Assembly: GCA_965217115.1 (NCBI GenBank)
Contig: OZ244239.1
Location: forward strand, 1,888,001-1,952,000
Length of the DNA: 64,000 nt
Source of the DNA: Bdellovibrionales bacterium
GTDB taxonomy: Bacteria; Bdellovibrionota; Bdellovibrionia; Bdellovibrionales; CAYMLA01
Direction of reading: 5' to 3'
Both the position numbers and the translations under genes were made by a program. Positions 20,737 to 29,869 of the stretch are shown here, one piece after another. Under the pieces are notes generated by a model. It had not been told where the DNA came from. It saw only the letters and a list, made by a program, of their open reading frames with translations, and ran no database searches. Numbering within the stretch: position 1 is the first letter of the stretch; each line of letters starts with the position of its first letter.

Positions 20737-20916
20737 AAACCTGCGGCTGGGCTGGGAACAACGGAGGTTGGAGGCAGTGGGCTTTGGGTTTAGACTCGCT
20801 TTACGGTGAATATCTGCCTAAGAAACTCTTATTGAAACCTGCGGCTGGGCTGGGAACAACGGGGGGGGAGTGGTCACGGAGGTTGAGGAGCTTTATTGAA
20901 ATCTGTGATTGAGTCC

Positions 20917-20976
20917 TATGGTTTTGGTTATTATTCCGAGATAGATGGAAGTGAGTTTGGAGATGGCATTAACTGA
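20917..20976 (+). pseudogene. 3'-end relic of a paralog of the 21358/22260 genes
   Basis: YGFGYYSE...GIN* resembles GGFGSHPE and VGPGYHPV...VIN*; downstream DNA is nearly identical to that after 22883. Confidence 0.55.
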
Positions 20977-20991
20977 GTTCTTGGTTTTGTA

Positions 20992-21124
20992 AATAAGGCG
21001 TTTCTTAGGCAGATCTTCACCGTAAAGCTCAGACATTCGGTTGGCAGCACTGCTCACTGAAAAGTGAGCAGTGCACCAATCCGAACTCGCTTTACGGTGA
21101 AGATCTGCCTAAGAAACTCTTATT
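20992..21124. repeat. Conserved-core hairpin element, copy B
   Basis: gtttcttaggcagatcttcaccgtaaa / tttacggtgaagatctgcctaagaaac around the core. Confidence 0.92.
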
Positions 21125-21164
21125 GAAACCTGCGATTGGACTGGGAACAGCGGAGATTGGAGGA

Positions 21165-21232
21165 CAACGGAAGGGGCAACGGAAAAGGGGCGACGGAAGG
21201 GGCGACGGAAGGGGTGACGGAAGGGGTGAAGG
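21165..21232. repeat. G-rich ~12-bp microrepeat (GACGGAAGGGGY)
   Basis: Direct reading. Confidence 0.75.
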
Positions 21233-21357
21233 AGTGGGCTTATAGGTCTAGGACTTATGCTTGAAACTGCTACTATGTCCAGTTTGGACTCTTTTTGAGT
21301 TTTCTTTTCAAAAGGTTAAGTTATGATTTATGTGAAGATAATGCCTATTGGAGGTCG

Positions 21358-22110
21358 ATGATGTTAAAGATTTTTTGTACAGTGTTTATATTTTGTTCCT
21401 CACTTGCAGCTGAAAACAGGTTGGGTATTGGTGGGTCCAAGGGTGTTGATGGGTCCCCGGGTATTGGTGGGTCCCCGGGTATTGGTGGGTCCACGGGTGC
21501 TACATTCCCGGGTAGTGTATTCCCGAGTGGTGCATTTGGGGGTAGTCTATTCGGGGGTAGTCTATTCGGGGGTAGTCTATTCCCGAGTGGTGCATTCGGG
21601 GGTGGTCTATTCATTGCTGGTATGGTCAAGGGATTTTTAGCATCAAACCTTGAGACCTGTTCAGAGAGGCTTATGGATATAAATGGTATGGATGCAGATT
21701 TAAGAATAGCTTATAAGCCTCATACCTACAATCCAGTTCCCATTTTCAAAAAGGTCGCAAATGGTATTGTGACAGTGACAACTCCATCCGGAACAATGAC
21801 AATTACGGGACGAAACTGTCAAACGGCAAAGGAGCCAACAAGTATAAAAGTGATTTCAGATTTGATTTCTGAATTACCTGAAAAAGTTGGTAAACGTCTT
21901 AAAGAGATGATAGCTAGGGATGAACCTTACAAAAAGTTACTAGAAGTATCTAAAGGATATTTAGGATTTTTAAAGGACGAATGCTCGATGACGGGTGTAG
22001 AAGAGATAGATGCCTCTGCTAGGAGAGCTGTAGAAATAATTTCTTCCCGTGGTGGTTTTGGTTCTCATCCTGAATATCATAAACAAGAAAAGGGTGTTAA
22101 CGATGGGTAA
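21358..22110 (+). CDS. Secreted hypothetical protein with Gly-rich tandem repeats, paralog 1
   Basis: GGAGG RBS before ATG 21358; signal peptide MMLKIFCTVFIFCSSLAA; GIGGSP and FGGSL repeats; IVTVTTPSGT..ITGR.C. Confidence 0.8.
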   Translation: MMLKIFCTVFIFCSSLAAENRLGIGGSKGVDGSPGIGGSPGIGGSTGATFPGSVFPSGAFGGSLFGGSLFGGSLFPSGAFGGGLFIAGMVKGFLASNLETCSERLMDINGMDADLRIAYKPHTYNPVPIFKKVANGIVTVTTPSGTMTITGRNCQTAKEPTSIKVISDLISELPEKVGKRLKEMIARDEPYKKLLEVSKGYLGFLKDECSMTGVEEIDASARRAVEIISSRGGFGSHPEYHKQEKGVNDG

Positions 22111-22259
22111 GGGAAGGGACAACGGAGGTTGAAGGCAGTGGGCTTTGGGTCTAGGGCTTATGGTTGAAGCTGTTATTATGTCCAGTCTTGACTCTTTTTG
22201 AGTTTTTTTTAAAAAGGTTAAGTTATAATTTATGTGAAGATAATGCCTATTGGAGGTCG

Positions 22260-22883
22260 ATGATGTTAAAGGTTTTTTGTACAGTGTTTATATTTTGTTC
22301 CGCACTTGTAGCTGAAAATAATTTGAGTGAACATGGTGGATACGCCGGTGGTGGTGGATTCACGGAAGGTGGATTCACGAAGGGTGCAGGTCAAAAAATA
22401 TCTCTTAGCGATAAAAAGGCTTTAACAGACAACCTTGTAAACTGTATAGGGAGTCTGAAAAAGATCAGTGATATGGGTGATGTCGAGTTAGAAATAGATC
22501 CTAGCTCCAAAGAAGGGGTATGGCCCGTTTTCACAAAGATCCAAAATGATATTGTGACAGTGACAACTCCAAGCGGAACAACGAAAATTACGGGACGAAA
22601 ATGTCAATCGTCAAAGAAGCCAACAAGTATGAAAATGATTTCAGATTTAATTTCTGAATCACCTGAAAATCTTGATCAACATCTTAAGGGAAGTAAGGTA
22701 AGCTCTAACAAAAAAATATCGGGAAAGACTGGAGAATATTTAAAAATTCTAAAGGAACAATGCTCGAAGACGAGTATAAAAGATATAAATAGATCTGCTA
22801 GGATAGCTGTGGAAGAAATTTCTTCCCGTGTTGGTCCTGGTTATCATCCCGTACATAAGAAAAATAGAAGTGTCATTAACTGA
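22260..22883 (+). CDS. Secreted hypothetical protein, paralog 2
   Basis: Near-identical upstream region and signal peptide; shared IVTVTTPSGT, PTS.K.ISDLISE and Cys pattern. Confidence 0.8.
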   Translation: MMLKVFCTVFIFCSALVAENNLSEHGGYAGGGGFTEGGFTKGAGQKISLSDKKALTDNLVNCIGSLKKISDMGDVELEIDPSSKEGVWPVFTKIQNDIVTVTTPSGTTKITGRKCQSSKKPTSMKMISDLISESPENLDQHLKGSKVSSNKKISGKTGEYLKILKEQCSKTSIKDINRSARIAVEEISSRVGPGYHPVHKKNRSVIN

Positions 22884-22898
22884 GTTCTTGGTTTTGTA

Positions 22899-23031
22899 AA
22901 TAAGGCGTTTCTTAGGCAGATCTTCACCGTAAAGCTCAGACATTCGGTTGGCAGCACGGCTCACTGAAAAGTGAGCAGTGCACCAATCCGAACTCGCTTT
23001 ACGGTGAAGATCTGCCTAAGAAACTCTTATT
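22899..23031. repeat. Conserved-core hairpin element, copy C; half copies follow near 23088 and 23184
   Basis: Nearly identical to copy B. Confidence 0.92.
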
Positions 23032-23239
23032 GAAACCTGCGATTGGACTGGGAACAGCGGAGGTTGGAGGCAGTGGGCTTTGGGTTTGACTCGCTTTAGG
23101 GTGAAGAATTGGCTAAGAGACTCCTATGAAATCTGCGATTGGACTGGGGACAGCGGAAGGTGGAGGCAGTGGGCTTTGGGTTTGACTCGTTTTAGGGTGA
23201 AGAATTGGCTAAGAGACTGTTACCTAGTTCATTCCAAGT

Positions 23240-23920
23240 TTAGTATGGATCAATAAGTACAAAGCCATTTTCCGTGAGTAAAATGTTATCTGGTTTAAAC
23301 ATAATATCTCCCTGAAACTTCTTGACGGTAGTCGCCGTGGAAATAATCTGATACATTCCAGTGGGTACAAGCTTTAAATCTTTATAAGTTTTATATTCTG
23401 ATATGCTAATATCATTCCCATAAGATCTTAAAAAGACAGCAACCTCCTCAACAAGCCTATTATATTTAGAGATGGACTCCGCATCAAGGTGGCCATCGAG
23501 CCATAGTTTCTCTAAGTCTGTACCACGGTGGTATTCGAGATCAACTATAAGGCGCTTCATATGGGGGAACCTTGGATCAGTGACTTGTTTTGTTTGAATT
23601 ACTTTTACAACATTCAAGCCTTCTATGCCTGAAGCCCTAAACATATCGAGTATCTTTAAGTCTTCCAGAGAACGTGCCTTCTGCGGCCATTGGAATTTTT
23701 TAATGTCTGTACTATATATCTTTCTTGCAAAAGGCCCATTGGGGCCATCAACTAAGTATACTGAGGCTCCCCAACCTTTACCTAACAAAACCGCGGACTC
23801 TCCATCTAAAACAGTTAACTTTCCCCCATGAACAAAGAGGGAAGAAAACAAAGATTCACAAGTATTTGCAAAAGAGAATAATGGACAGAAGAAAAAAAAG
23901 ATAAGAAGTTGTTTTTTCAT
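23240..23920 (-). CDS. Secreted protein-kinase-like protein, truncated or atypical
   Basis: Signal peptide; LLGKGWGASVY, FARK, MFKPDNILL, terminal LIDPY. Confidence 0.65.
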   Translation of the reverse strand: MKKQLLIFFFFCPLFSFANTCESLFSSLFVHGGKLTVLDGESAVLLGKGWGASVYLVDGPNGPFARKIYSTDIKKFQWPQKARSLEDLKILDMFRASGIEGLNVVKVIQTKQVTDPRFPHMKRLIVDLEYHRGTDLEKLWLDGHLDAESISKYNRLVEEVAVFLRSYGNDISISEYKTYKDLKLVPTGMYQIISTATTVKKFQGDIMFKPDNILLTENGFVLIDPY

Positions 23921-24279
23921 TTATAAACCTACCTTAAGCAAGGTTTCTGTCAGGGTTATCTCTCTATTACGATTCACTAAGTAAAACTTCTGTTTAAGTA
24001 ACCAACACTTTGACAGTTTTGTGAAATTTTTAAAGTAATAGTCTGGTATCGTTCTATTTTCTTGGGAGACCCATTCTCCTGAATCAGATTGAGACCGTTA
24101 GTTTCAAGGGTCTAGAGTACATATTCTATGCCATCGAGAAAACAGTTCAAATATCAGTTTATCAGTGCTTGAGGCTTTTTGAGATGTCTACCCCCTTGCG
24201 TAGATTGTCAGTTTAGAGTTTTAAAAAGAGACTTCTCCTGCGGTAGAGTTTAGTTGCACGGCTTAACTACTGCCACAGG

Positions 24280-24360
24280 GCACCAATCCGAACTCGCTTT
24301 ACGGTGAAGACCTGCCTAAGAGACTCTTGTGAAATCTGCGATTGGGCTGAGGACAGTGGA
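24280..24360. repeat. Partial (right-half) hairpin element with conserved tail
   Basis: gcaccaatccgaactcgctttacggtgaagacctgcctaag...gaaatctgcgattgg. Confidence 0.85.
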
Positions 24361-24499
24361 GATTGAAGGACAACGGAGGTTGAGGGGTGCTATTGAAACT
24401 TGCGATTGGCTTGGGAAGAGCGGAGGTTGAGGGGCAACGGAGGTTGAAGGAGTGGGCTTTGGGTTTTTTGGGACTTATGGTTGAGACTGTTATTATAGT

Positions 24500-24563
24500 A
24501 TGGATGCAGATTTAAAAGTAGATTATATGCCTCAGACCAAAGAGGTATGGCCGTTTTCACAAA
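24500..24563 (+). pseudogene. Internal relic of the 21358/22260 paralog family
   Basis: atggatgcagattta matches 21688; ccaaagaggtatggccgttttcacaaa resembles 22507; preceded by the same upstream motif. Confidence 0.6.
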
Positions 24564-24777
24564 ACCACCTTGTGTTATCCAGTTTCAATGGAATAGTGAT
24601 CAGCAGTCTTTAGAGGTTGGCAGTATTGTCACAAAAGACCGTTTTAAATAGCAAGTTTTCCTGAAAATATAGAAATGGCCTCCGTATGAGGAAACCATTT
24701 TAAATCTCTGAGTTTTGTGATTTTTAATTCGTCTTAGATACTAGAGTTAAAAAAACATATTTACGCAAATGACAAAA

Positions 24778-25533
24778 TCAATGAATTGCTTTTTTTTGTT
24801 GATTTACGCCTTGTGAATGTCCACTCTTCTGTTTGCCTAAACCCAGTGAAACTTGGCACTTATTGCTTAAAACAACACTCTTGTTATTAATCAAACAGCC
24901 ACGGTCATATGTTTTTGAGCAATATTTTTTCATCTCTAATTTACAGTTTTCATGCTCCGATAGGTCAAATTCGTATCTTTCATTAAGGTTTATACACTGA
25001 GCCTTAACAGATGCCTCAATTTTATATGTTTTTTTAACTTTAGGGTCACGTAATGCTCGACTTAACATCAAAGTATTATTTTTTTTGTCATAGATAAAAA
25101 AACCAGACCCACCATTATGTCCCCCTGAAACTTTAATTGTTTGATCAGTCTCTTTAGCTGGAGTCATTGGCCAGTTTCCATAGTCAAGGGCCGCCCCTAC
25201 TCCGACATACAGCTTCCCTTTGTCGCCTTCGACATAACCAAGCAGTTCTATTTCCTTATTCTCATTACTAGATTGATTGCCTGTTTCTGCTCGAAAAATA
25301 CAGACGTCTATCTTCTTGGGGCTTCGAGCGGCAGTTGGATTAACCTTATTAACCTTTAAAACATTACAGGCTGCTACGATATGGGTTGTTCTATAAAAGT
25401 CATTGTGTCTCTTATTGGGGCGAAATTTTTTGCAGCCTTTAATTAACTGTTTCTTCTCTGTGTCCTTTGCAATCGAATGAAAAGGGAGACTAAAAATTAA
25501 AAGCAAACATGATAATCTTGTAAAAATAGACAT
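24778..25533 (-). CDS. Secreted Cys-rich basic hypothetical protein
   Basis: Signal peptide MSIFTRLSCLLLIFSLPFHSIA; AAGGAG RBS. Confidence 0.8.
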   Translation of the reverse strand: MSIFTRLSCLLLIFSLPFHSIAKDTEKKQLIKGCKKFRPNKRHNDFYRTTHIVAACNVLKVNKVNPTAARSPKKIDVCIFRAETGNQSSNENKEIELLGYVEGDKGKLYVGVGAALDYGNWPMTPAKETDQTIKVSGGHNGGSGFFIYDKKNNTLMLSRALRDPKVKKTYKIEASVKAQCINLNERYEFDLSEHENCKLEMKKYCSKTYDRGCLINNKSVVLSNKCQVSLGLGKQKSGHSQGVNQQKKAIH

Positions 25534-25561
25534 AATCAAAAACTCCTTAGGTTATAATCCC

Positions 25562-25588
25562 TTATCGGAAAAAATTACTGGTCCTTTA
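25562..25588 (-). promoter_or_regulatory. Putative sigma28 promoter
   Basis: TAAA-N15-TCCGATAA upstream of the 24778 gene. Confidence 0.6.
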
Positions 25589-25591
25589 ATG

Positions 25592-25765
25592 TGGGAACAG
25601 CGGAGGTTGGAGGCAGTGAGCTTTGGGTTTGACTCGCTTTACGGTGAAGACCTGCCTAAGAAACTCTTATTGAAACCTGCGATTGGACTGGGAACAGCGG
25701 AGGTTGAAGGGCAGCGGAGGTTGAAGGGCAGCGGAGGTTGAAGGGCAGTGGAGGTTGGGGGGCAA
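25592..25765. repeat. Half hairpin element plus 17-bp G-rich tandem repeat (AGCGGAGGTTGAAGGGC, about x4)
   Basis: gactcgctttacggtgaagacctgcctaagaaac plus tail, then the tandem units. Confidence 0.85.
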
Positions 25766-25797
25766 GGGTAAAAGGAGAAGGAGGGGGGGGGGCTTAT

Positions 25798-25812
25798 TGA
25801 TAATGATTATTA
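25798..25812 (+). promoter_or_regulatory. Fur-box-like 7-1-7 site upstream of fur (possible autoregulation)
   Basis: TGATAAT-G-ATTATTA versus consensus TGATAAT-N-ATTATCA. Confidence 0.55.
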
Positions 25813-25828
25813 ATTAGCTTGACGGTGG

Positions 25829-26344
25829 GTGGGGCGAGTTGTTAGACAGGGGGGCATGAACAAAAGAGATTCTATGTTGCCCCGGCAAAATTCTATAGCT
25901 GAGACGATTATTAATCGTGAGAGAATGGAAGAAGAAGATTTTAGGGACATGATTCGTCAGATGGGGTTGAAGGTGACCTATCAGAGGGTGACGATTCTCA
26001 ATGCTCTCTACGTTGGACATAATCATATGACGGCCCAGGAACTTTTTGAAAAGGTGAGGAAGGTTTTTTCAGAGATTGGTTTTGCCACGGTTTATCGTTT
26101 TTTACGTAAATTGACAGATCATCAATTGGTGACAGAAGTTCGTATGGGCGGATTGCCTGCCCGTTATGAATTAACGCCTAAAAATCATCACGATCATTTG
26201 ACTTGTGTGGTGTGTGGTAAAATTTGTGAATTTGAAAATCCAGAGATAGAGAGTCTGCAAGAAGAGGTGGCCAAGTTTTATGGGTTTCAACTCACTCACC
26301 ATGTTTTGGAACTATACGGGCATTGCTCTAATTGTTCTGTTTAA
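25829..26344 (+). CDS. fur: Fur-family transcriptional regulator (start uncertain)
   Basis: GLKVTYQR, ATVYRFL, HHDHLTCVVCG, GHCSNC. Confidence 0.93.
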   Translation: MGRVVRQGGMNKRDSMLPRQNSIAETIINRERMEEEDFRDMIRQMGLKVTYQRVTILNALYVGHNHMTAQELFEKVRKVFSEIGFATVYRFLRKLTDHQLVTEVRMGGLPARYELTPKNHHDHLTCVVCGKICEFENPEIESLQEEVAKFYGFQLTHHVLELYGHCSNCSV

Positions 26345-26368
26345 TTCTTTTTAGGAAAAGGTCTGAGA

Positions 26369-28975
26369 ATGGGAAGAGAGCAAGACGGAATAGTCGTCAA
26401 AGGAGCTTCTGAGAACAATCTCAAATCGGTGGATGTCTTTATTCCTCGCAATAAAGTCACTGTGATCACTGGCCTGAGTGGTAGTGGAAAATCCAGTTTG
26501 GCTTTTGACACCATATATGCCGAAGGCCAACGTCGTTATGTGGAAGGTTTATCAACTTATGCTAGAAATTTTTTGGTGCAACTGGAAAAACCAGATGTCG
26601 AAACGATCACTGGTCTATCTCCTTCAATCGCCATCCATCAGGGTGCGATTTCAACAAATCCACGTTCTACAGTGGGAACGGTGACAGAGGTTTATGATTA
26701 TTTGCGTTTATTATTTGCTAAAGTGGGAGTTCCCCATTGTCCAGTGCATCAGATACCAGTGGAGAGTCAAAAGCCTGAACAAATTATAAAGAGCATTTTA
26801 CAGCATAAAGAAGGGACAAAAATTTATATTTTATCTCCTGTGGCGAGAGAGAAAAAAGGGGAATTTACTAAAGAGTTTCAAAAATGGATGGGACAAGGTT
26901 TTGTTAAAGCTAAAATAGACAGTCGATTGGAGGAGTTGTCAGAAAATAGAAAGCTAGCAAAGACAAAGGCCCATAATATAGATTTAGTTGTCGATCAGAT
27001 TGTAATAAAAAAGGGAATTAAAAATCGCTTGGCCGAAAGCGTGAACCGCGCTCTTATTGTAAGCGGTGGTCGTGTGATAGTAGACTGCCTAGAAAACGGT
27101 GTCGGTGATGAGGGAGGTAGTTACTCAATTCACTCGGCGTGTCCTGTTTGCCAGTTTTCTTTTCCTGAGTTAGATCCCCGTATGTTTAGTTTTAACAATC
27201 CGATGGGAGCTTGTTCGACCTGTCATGGGTTGGGGAGTTTGGATTTTGATGAGATTGAGAATAATGAATCTCAAAATATGAGTGGTAATAAATGGACTTT
27301 CAGAGGTCAGAGCGTCGATGAGCAGGATGATTTTGAAGGGATTGATGAATTAGGTGTGAATATTTGTTCCGACTGTGATGGTTCTAGGTTGCGGTTGGAA
27401 TCAAGAAGTATTCTTGTTGGCGAGAGAAACATTCATCAACTATCAAGTGCTCCGATTGATCAGCTGGTTTCGACTTTGGAGATGTTCGAGTTTCAGAAGA
27501 AGAACAATGTCATCGCTAAGAAGATTTTAGTTCAATTATTCCAGAGGCTTCGTTATCTTCTCAGGGTTGGCGTAGGTTATTTGAGCTTAGATCGTCCAGC
27601 CAGAACTTTATCTGGGGGCGAGGCCCAGAGGATTCGTTTGGCCAGTCAGGTGGGATCGGCGCTCATTGGTGTGCTATATGTTTTAGATGAACCAAGTATT
27701 GGCTTGCATCCGAGGGATCATCATCAGCTATTGGAAATTATTGGTGAGTTGAGGGACAAAGGCAATACGGTGCTTCTCGTTGAACACGATGAGGACACCA
27801 TTCGTTTTGCTGATCACGTGATTGACATGGGACTGCGTGCGGGAAATTTAGGGGGGGAGGTGATCGCCTACGGTTCTCCAGAAGCAGTGGCTAAAAACAA
27901 GCAAAGTCTCACAGGTGCTTATCTATCGGGGAAGAAATTTATTTCTATTCCCTCCCATCGAAGACCGGGGATGGGTCAGCAGATTGAGCTTCAAGGGGCA
28001 ACGGGAAATAATCTTAAGAATGTGGATTTGAAACTCCCCCTTGGAACTCTTATTGGAGTTACGGGTGTTTCAGGCAGTGGAAAAAGCACATTGGTCGTTG
28101 ATACATTTTGTCGTATTATTGCAAAACAGTTCTATCGCTCTAAGAGAATCCCTTATGCTTACAGAAAAATAACGGGACTTGAACACATAGATAAAGTGAT
28201 TCAAATCAATCAGTACCCCATCGGACGAACTTCGAGGTCGACTCCTGGAACTTATGTGGGTTTGCTGCCGTTGATTCGTGAGCTATTCTCACAAACATCC
28301 GAGGCGAGGATGCGTGGTTACAGACCAGGACGTTTTAGTTTCAATGTGCCTGAAGGTCGCTGTGAGGAATGTCGAGGGTTAGGAAGAATCCGTTTGGAGA
28401 TGAATTTTCTTTCCGATGTTTTTGTCTCTTGTGAACAGTGTGGAGGAAGGCGCTATAATAGGGAGACTTTAATTATTAAGTACAGAGACAAAAATATTTC
28501 CGATGTTTTGGAAATGACAGTGCTTGAGGCGTTGGATTTTTTTAAGAATCATAAGACGATTTTTCGTAAATTAGAGACTTTGCATAAAGTCGGTTTAGAT
28601 TATATGACTTTAGGCCAGAGTTCGACGACTCTGTCAGGAGGAGAGGCTCAAAGAGTGAAGTTATCTAAGGAACTATCAAAAAAAAGCACAGGTAAAACTT
28701 TTTATGTTTTGGATGAACCAACAACGGGGTTGCATTTTGAGGATGTCGCTAAACTGGTGGAGCTTTTGCATAGTTTAGTGAATCAATTTAATACAGTTTT
28801 GGTGATTGAACACAATATGGATGTGATAAAAAACTGTGATTATGTTGTTGATTTAGGTCCAGAAGGTGGGGTCGGTGGCGGAGAGGTCATTGCAGAAGGG
28901 ACTCCAGAGGAGATTAAAAAAGTGTCTCAAAGTTATACGGGCTCTTTTTTAAAGCTAGACTCAAAGAGCCTCTAA
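26369..28975 (+). CDS. uvrA: Excinuclease ABC subunit A
   Basis: GLSGSGKSSLAFDTIYAEGQRRY, two LSGGEAQR signatures, zinc-finger Cys pairs. Confidence 0.97.
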   Translation: MGREQDGIVVKGASENNLKSVDVFIPRNKVTVITGLSGSGKSSLAFDTIYAEGQRRYVEGLSTYARNFLVQLEKPDVETITGLSPSIAIHQGAISTNPRSTVGTVTEVYDYLRLLFAKVGVPHCPVHQIPVESQKPEQIIKSILQHKEGTKIYILSPVAREKKGEFTKEFQKWMGQGFVKAKIDSRLEELSENRKLAKTKAHNIDLVVDQIVIKKGIKNRLAESVNRALIVSGGRVIVDCLENGVGDEGGSYSIHSACPVCQFSFPELDPRMFSFNNPMGACSTCHGLGSLDFDEIENNESQNMSGNKWTFRGQSVDEQDDFEGIDELGVNICSDCDGSRLRLESRSILVGERNIHQLSSAPIDQLVSTLEMFEFQKKNNVIAKKILVQLFQRLRYLLRVGVGYLSLDRPARTLSGGEAQRIRLASQVGSALIGVLYVLDEPSIGLHPRDHHQLLEIIGELRDKGNTVLLVEHDEDTIRFADHVIDMGLRAGNLGGEVIAYGSPEAVAKNKQSLTGAYLSGKKFISIPSHRRPGMGQQIELQGATGNNLKNVDLKLPLGTLIGVTGVSGSGKSTLVVDTFCRIIAKQFYRSKRIPYAYRKITGLEHIDKVIQINQYPIGRTSRSTPGTYVGLLPLIRELFSQTSEARMRGYRPGRFSFNVPEGRCEECRGLGRIRLEMNFLSDVFVSCEQCGGRRYNRETLIIKYRDKNISDVLEMTVLEALDFFKNHKTIFRKLETLHKVGLDYMTLGQSSTTLSGGEAQRVKLSKELSKKSTGKTFYVLDEPTTGLHFEDVAKLVELLHSLVNQFNTVLVIEHNMDVIKNCDYVVDLGPEGGVGGGEVIAEGTPEEIKKVSQSYTGSFLKLDSKSL

Positions 28976-28981
28976 ATTATT

Positions 28982-29008
28982 TAAAAAAAAACACCATAAG
29001 CCCGATAG
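28982..29008 (+). promoter_or_regulatory. Putative sigma28 promoter
   Basis: TAAA-N15-CCCGATAG upstream of the HD-GYP gene. Confidence 0.5.
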
Positions 29009-29032
29009 ACCGTATGTACTGACTATTTTAGA

Positions 29033-29692
29033 TTGGGAGTGTGCGCATTTATGTGGGGTGATATACCAAATTGGGTGGAGAGTGTCGCTAGAGCATTGAT
29101 GATATCTTTAAGGGTAAAGGACCCGTTGACGTTTGATCACTGTTGTCGAGTGGGTAAGACTTCAAGACTGTTGGCTAAGGCGATGGGCCTTAACGAGTAT
29201 GAGCAGAGAGTCGCTGAGTTTTCAGGTCTATTCCATGACATTGGTAAAATAGGAATTTCCAATGATATTATTTGTAAGCCTGAGAAATTAACAGATGAAG
29301 AGTATCAAGAGATGAAAAAACACCCGTTAAAAAGTGTAGAGATAATATCTTCTGTGGACCATGCTTTTTTTAAAGATCTGCTTCCGGGAGTGCAGCATCA
29401 CCATGAGAGAGTAGATGGTCTGGGTTATCCTTTTAATTTAAAAGGGGATAGTATCCCTCTGATGGCTCGGCTGAATCTTGTTGCTGACACTTATGATGCC
29501 ATGACTGAGAACCGTTCTTATCGTAAGGGCTTGTCAAAAGAAATCGTGTACAAGGAAATAGAGGAACTCTCTGGGCGGCAATTTGATTCTCAAATCGGGA
29601 AGATTTTTATAGAGGCACACCCCCATTGGAAAAGAGAAGAGGGTGAAAGTGAAATAAGTATCATTGAAGGTCTATTTAAAAAAGTCGATTGA
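29033..29692 (+). CDS. HD-GYP domain cyclic-dinucleotide phosphodiesterase
   Basis: HDIGK, HHERVDGLGYP, ADTYDAMT, GRQFD. Confidence 0.92.
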   Translation: MGVCAFMWGDIPNWVESVARALMISLRVKDPLTFDHCCRVGKTSRLLAKAMGLNEYEQRVAEFSGLFHDIGKIGISNDIICKPEKLTDEEYQEMKKHPLKSVEIISSVDHAFFKDLLPGVQHHHERVDGLGYPFNLKGDSIPLMARLNLVADTYDAMTENRSYRKGLSKEIVYKEIEELSGRQFDSQIGKIFIEAHPHWKREEGESEISIIEGLFKKVD

Positions 29693-29869
29693 AAAAATGC
29701 CATTGAGGTTGATTATTTAGTGTGATCAATTATCAATAAATTCAGGAATTAAGGTCGTATTTGAAAATTTTACTCGATCTCTGAAGTCTTTTACTTATGC
29801 ATAGGCGTGGGGTATTGAGTGATTGTCCTTGATTTTAATATGGTTTCCATGGGAATTTGACATAGCTTA

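Noticed and set aside
21345..21640. Pro-rich and Val-rich alternative-frame ORFs
   Set aside because: Shadows of the Gly-repeat region of the 21358 gene
20479..22964. Twin MSRAANRMSELY ORFs (20479-20667 and 22749-22964)
   Set aside because: They start inside the repeat core and run antisense to real genes
20590..25800. Integron attC cassette array
   Set aside because: No convincing RYYYAAC/GTTRRRY boxes bound the hairpins and there is no integrase in the window
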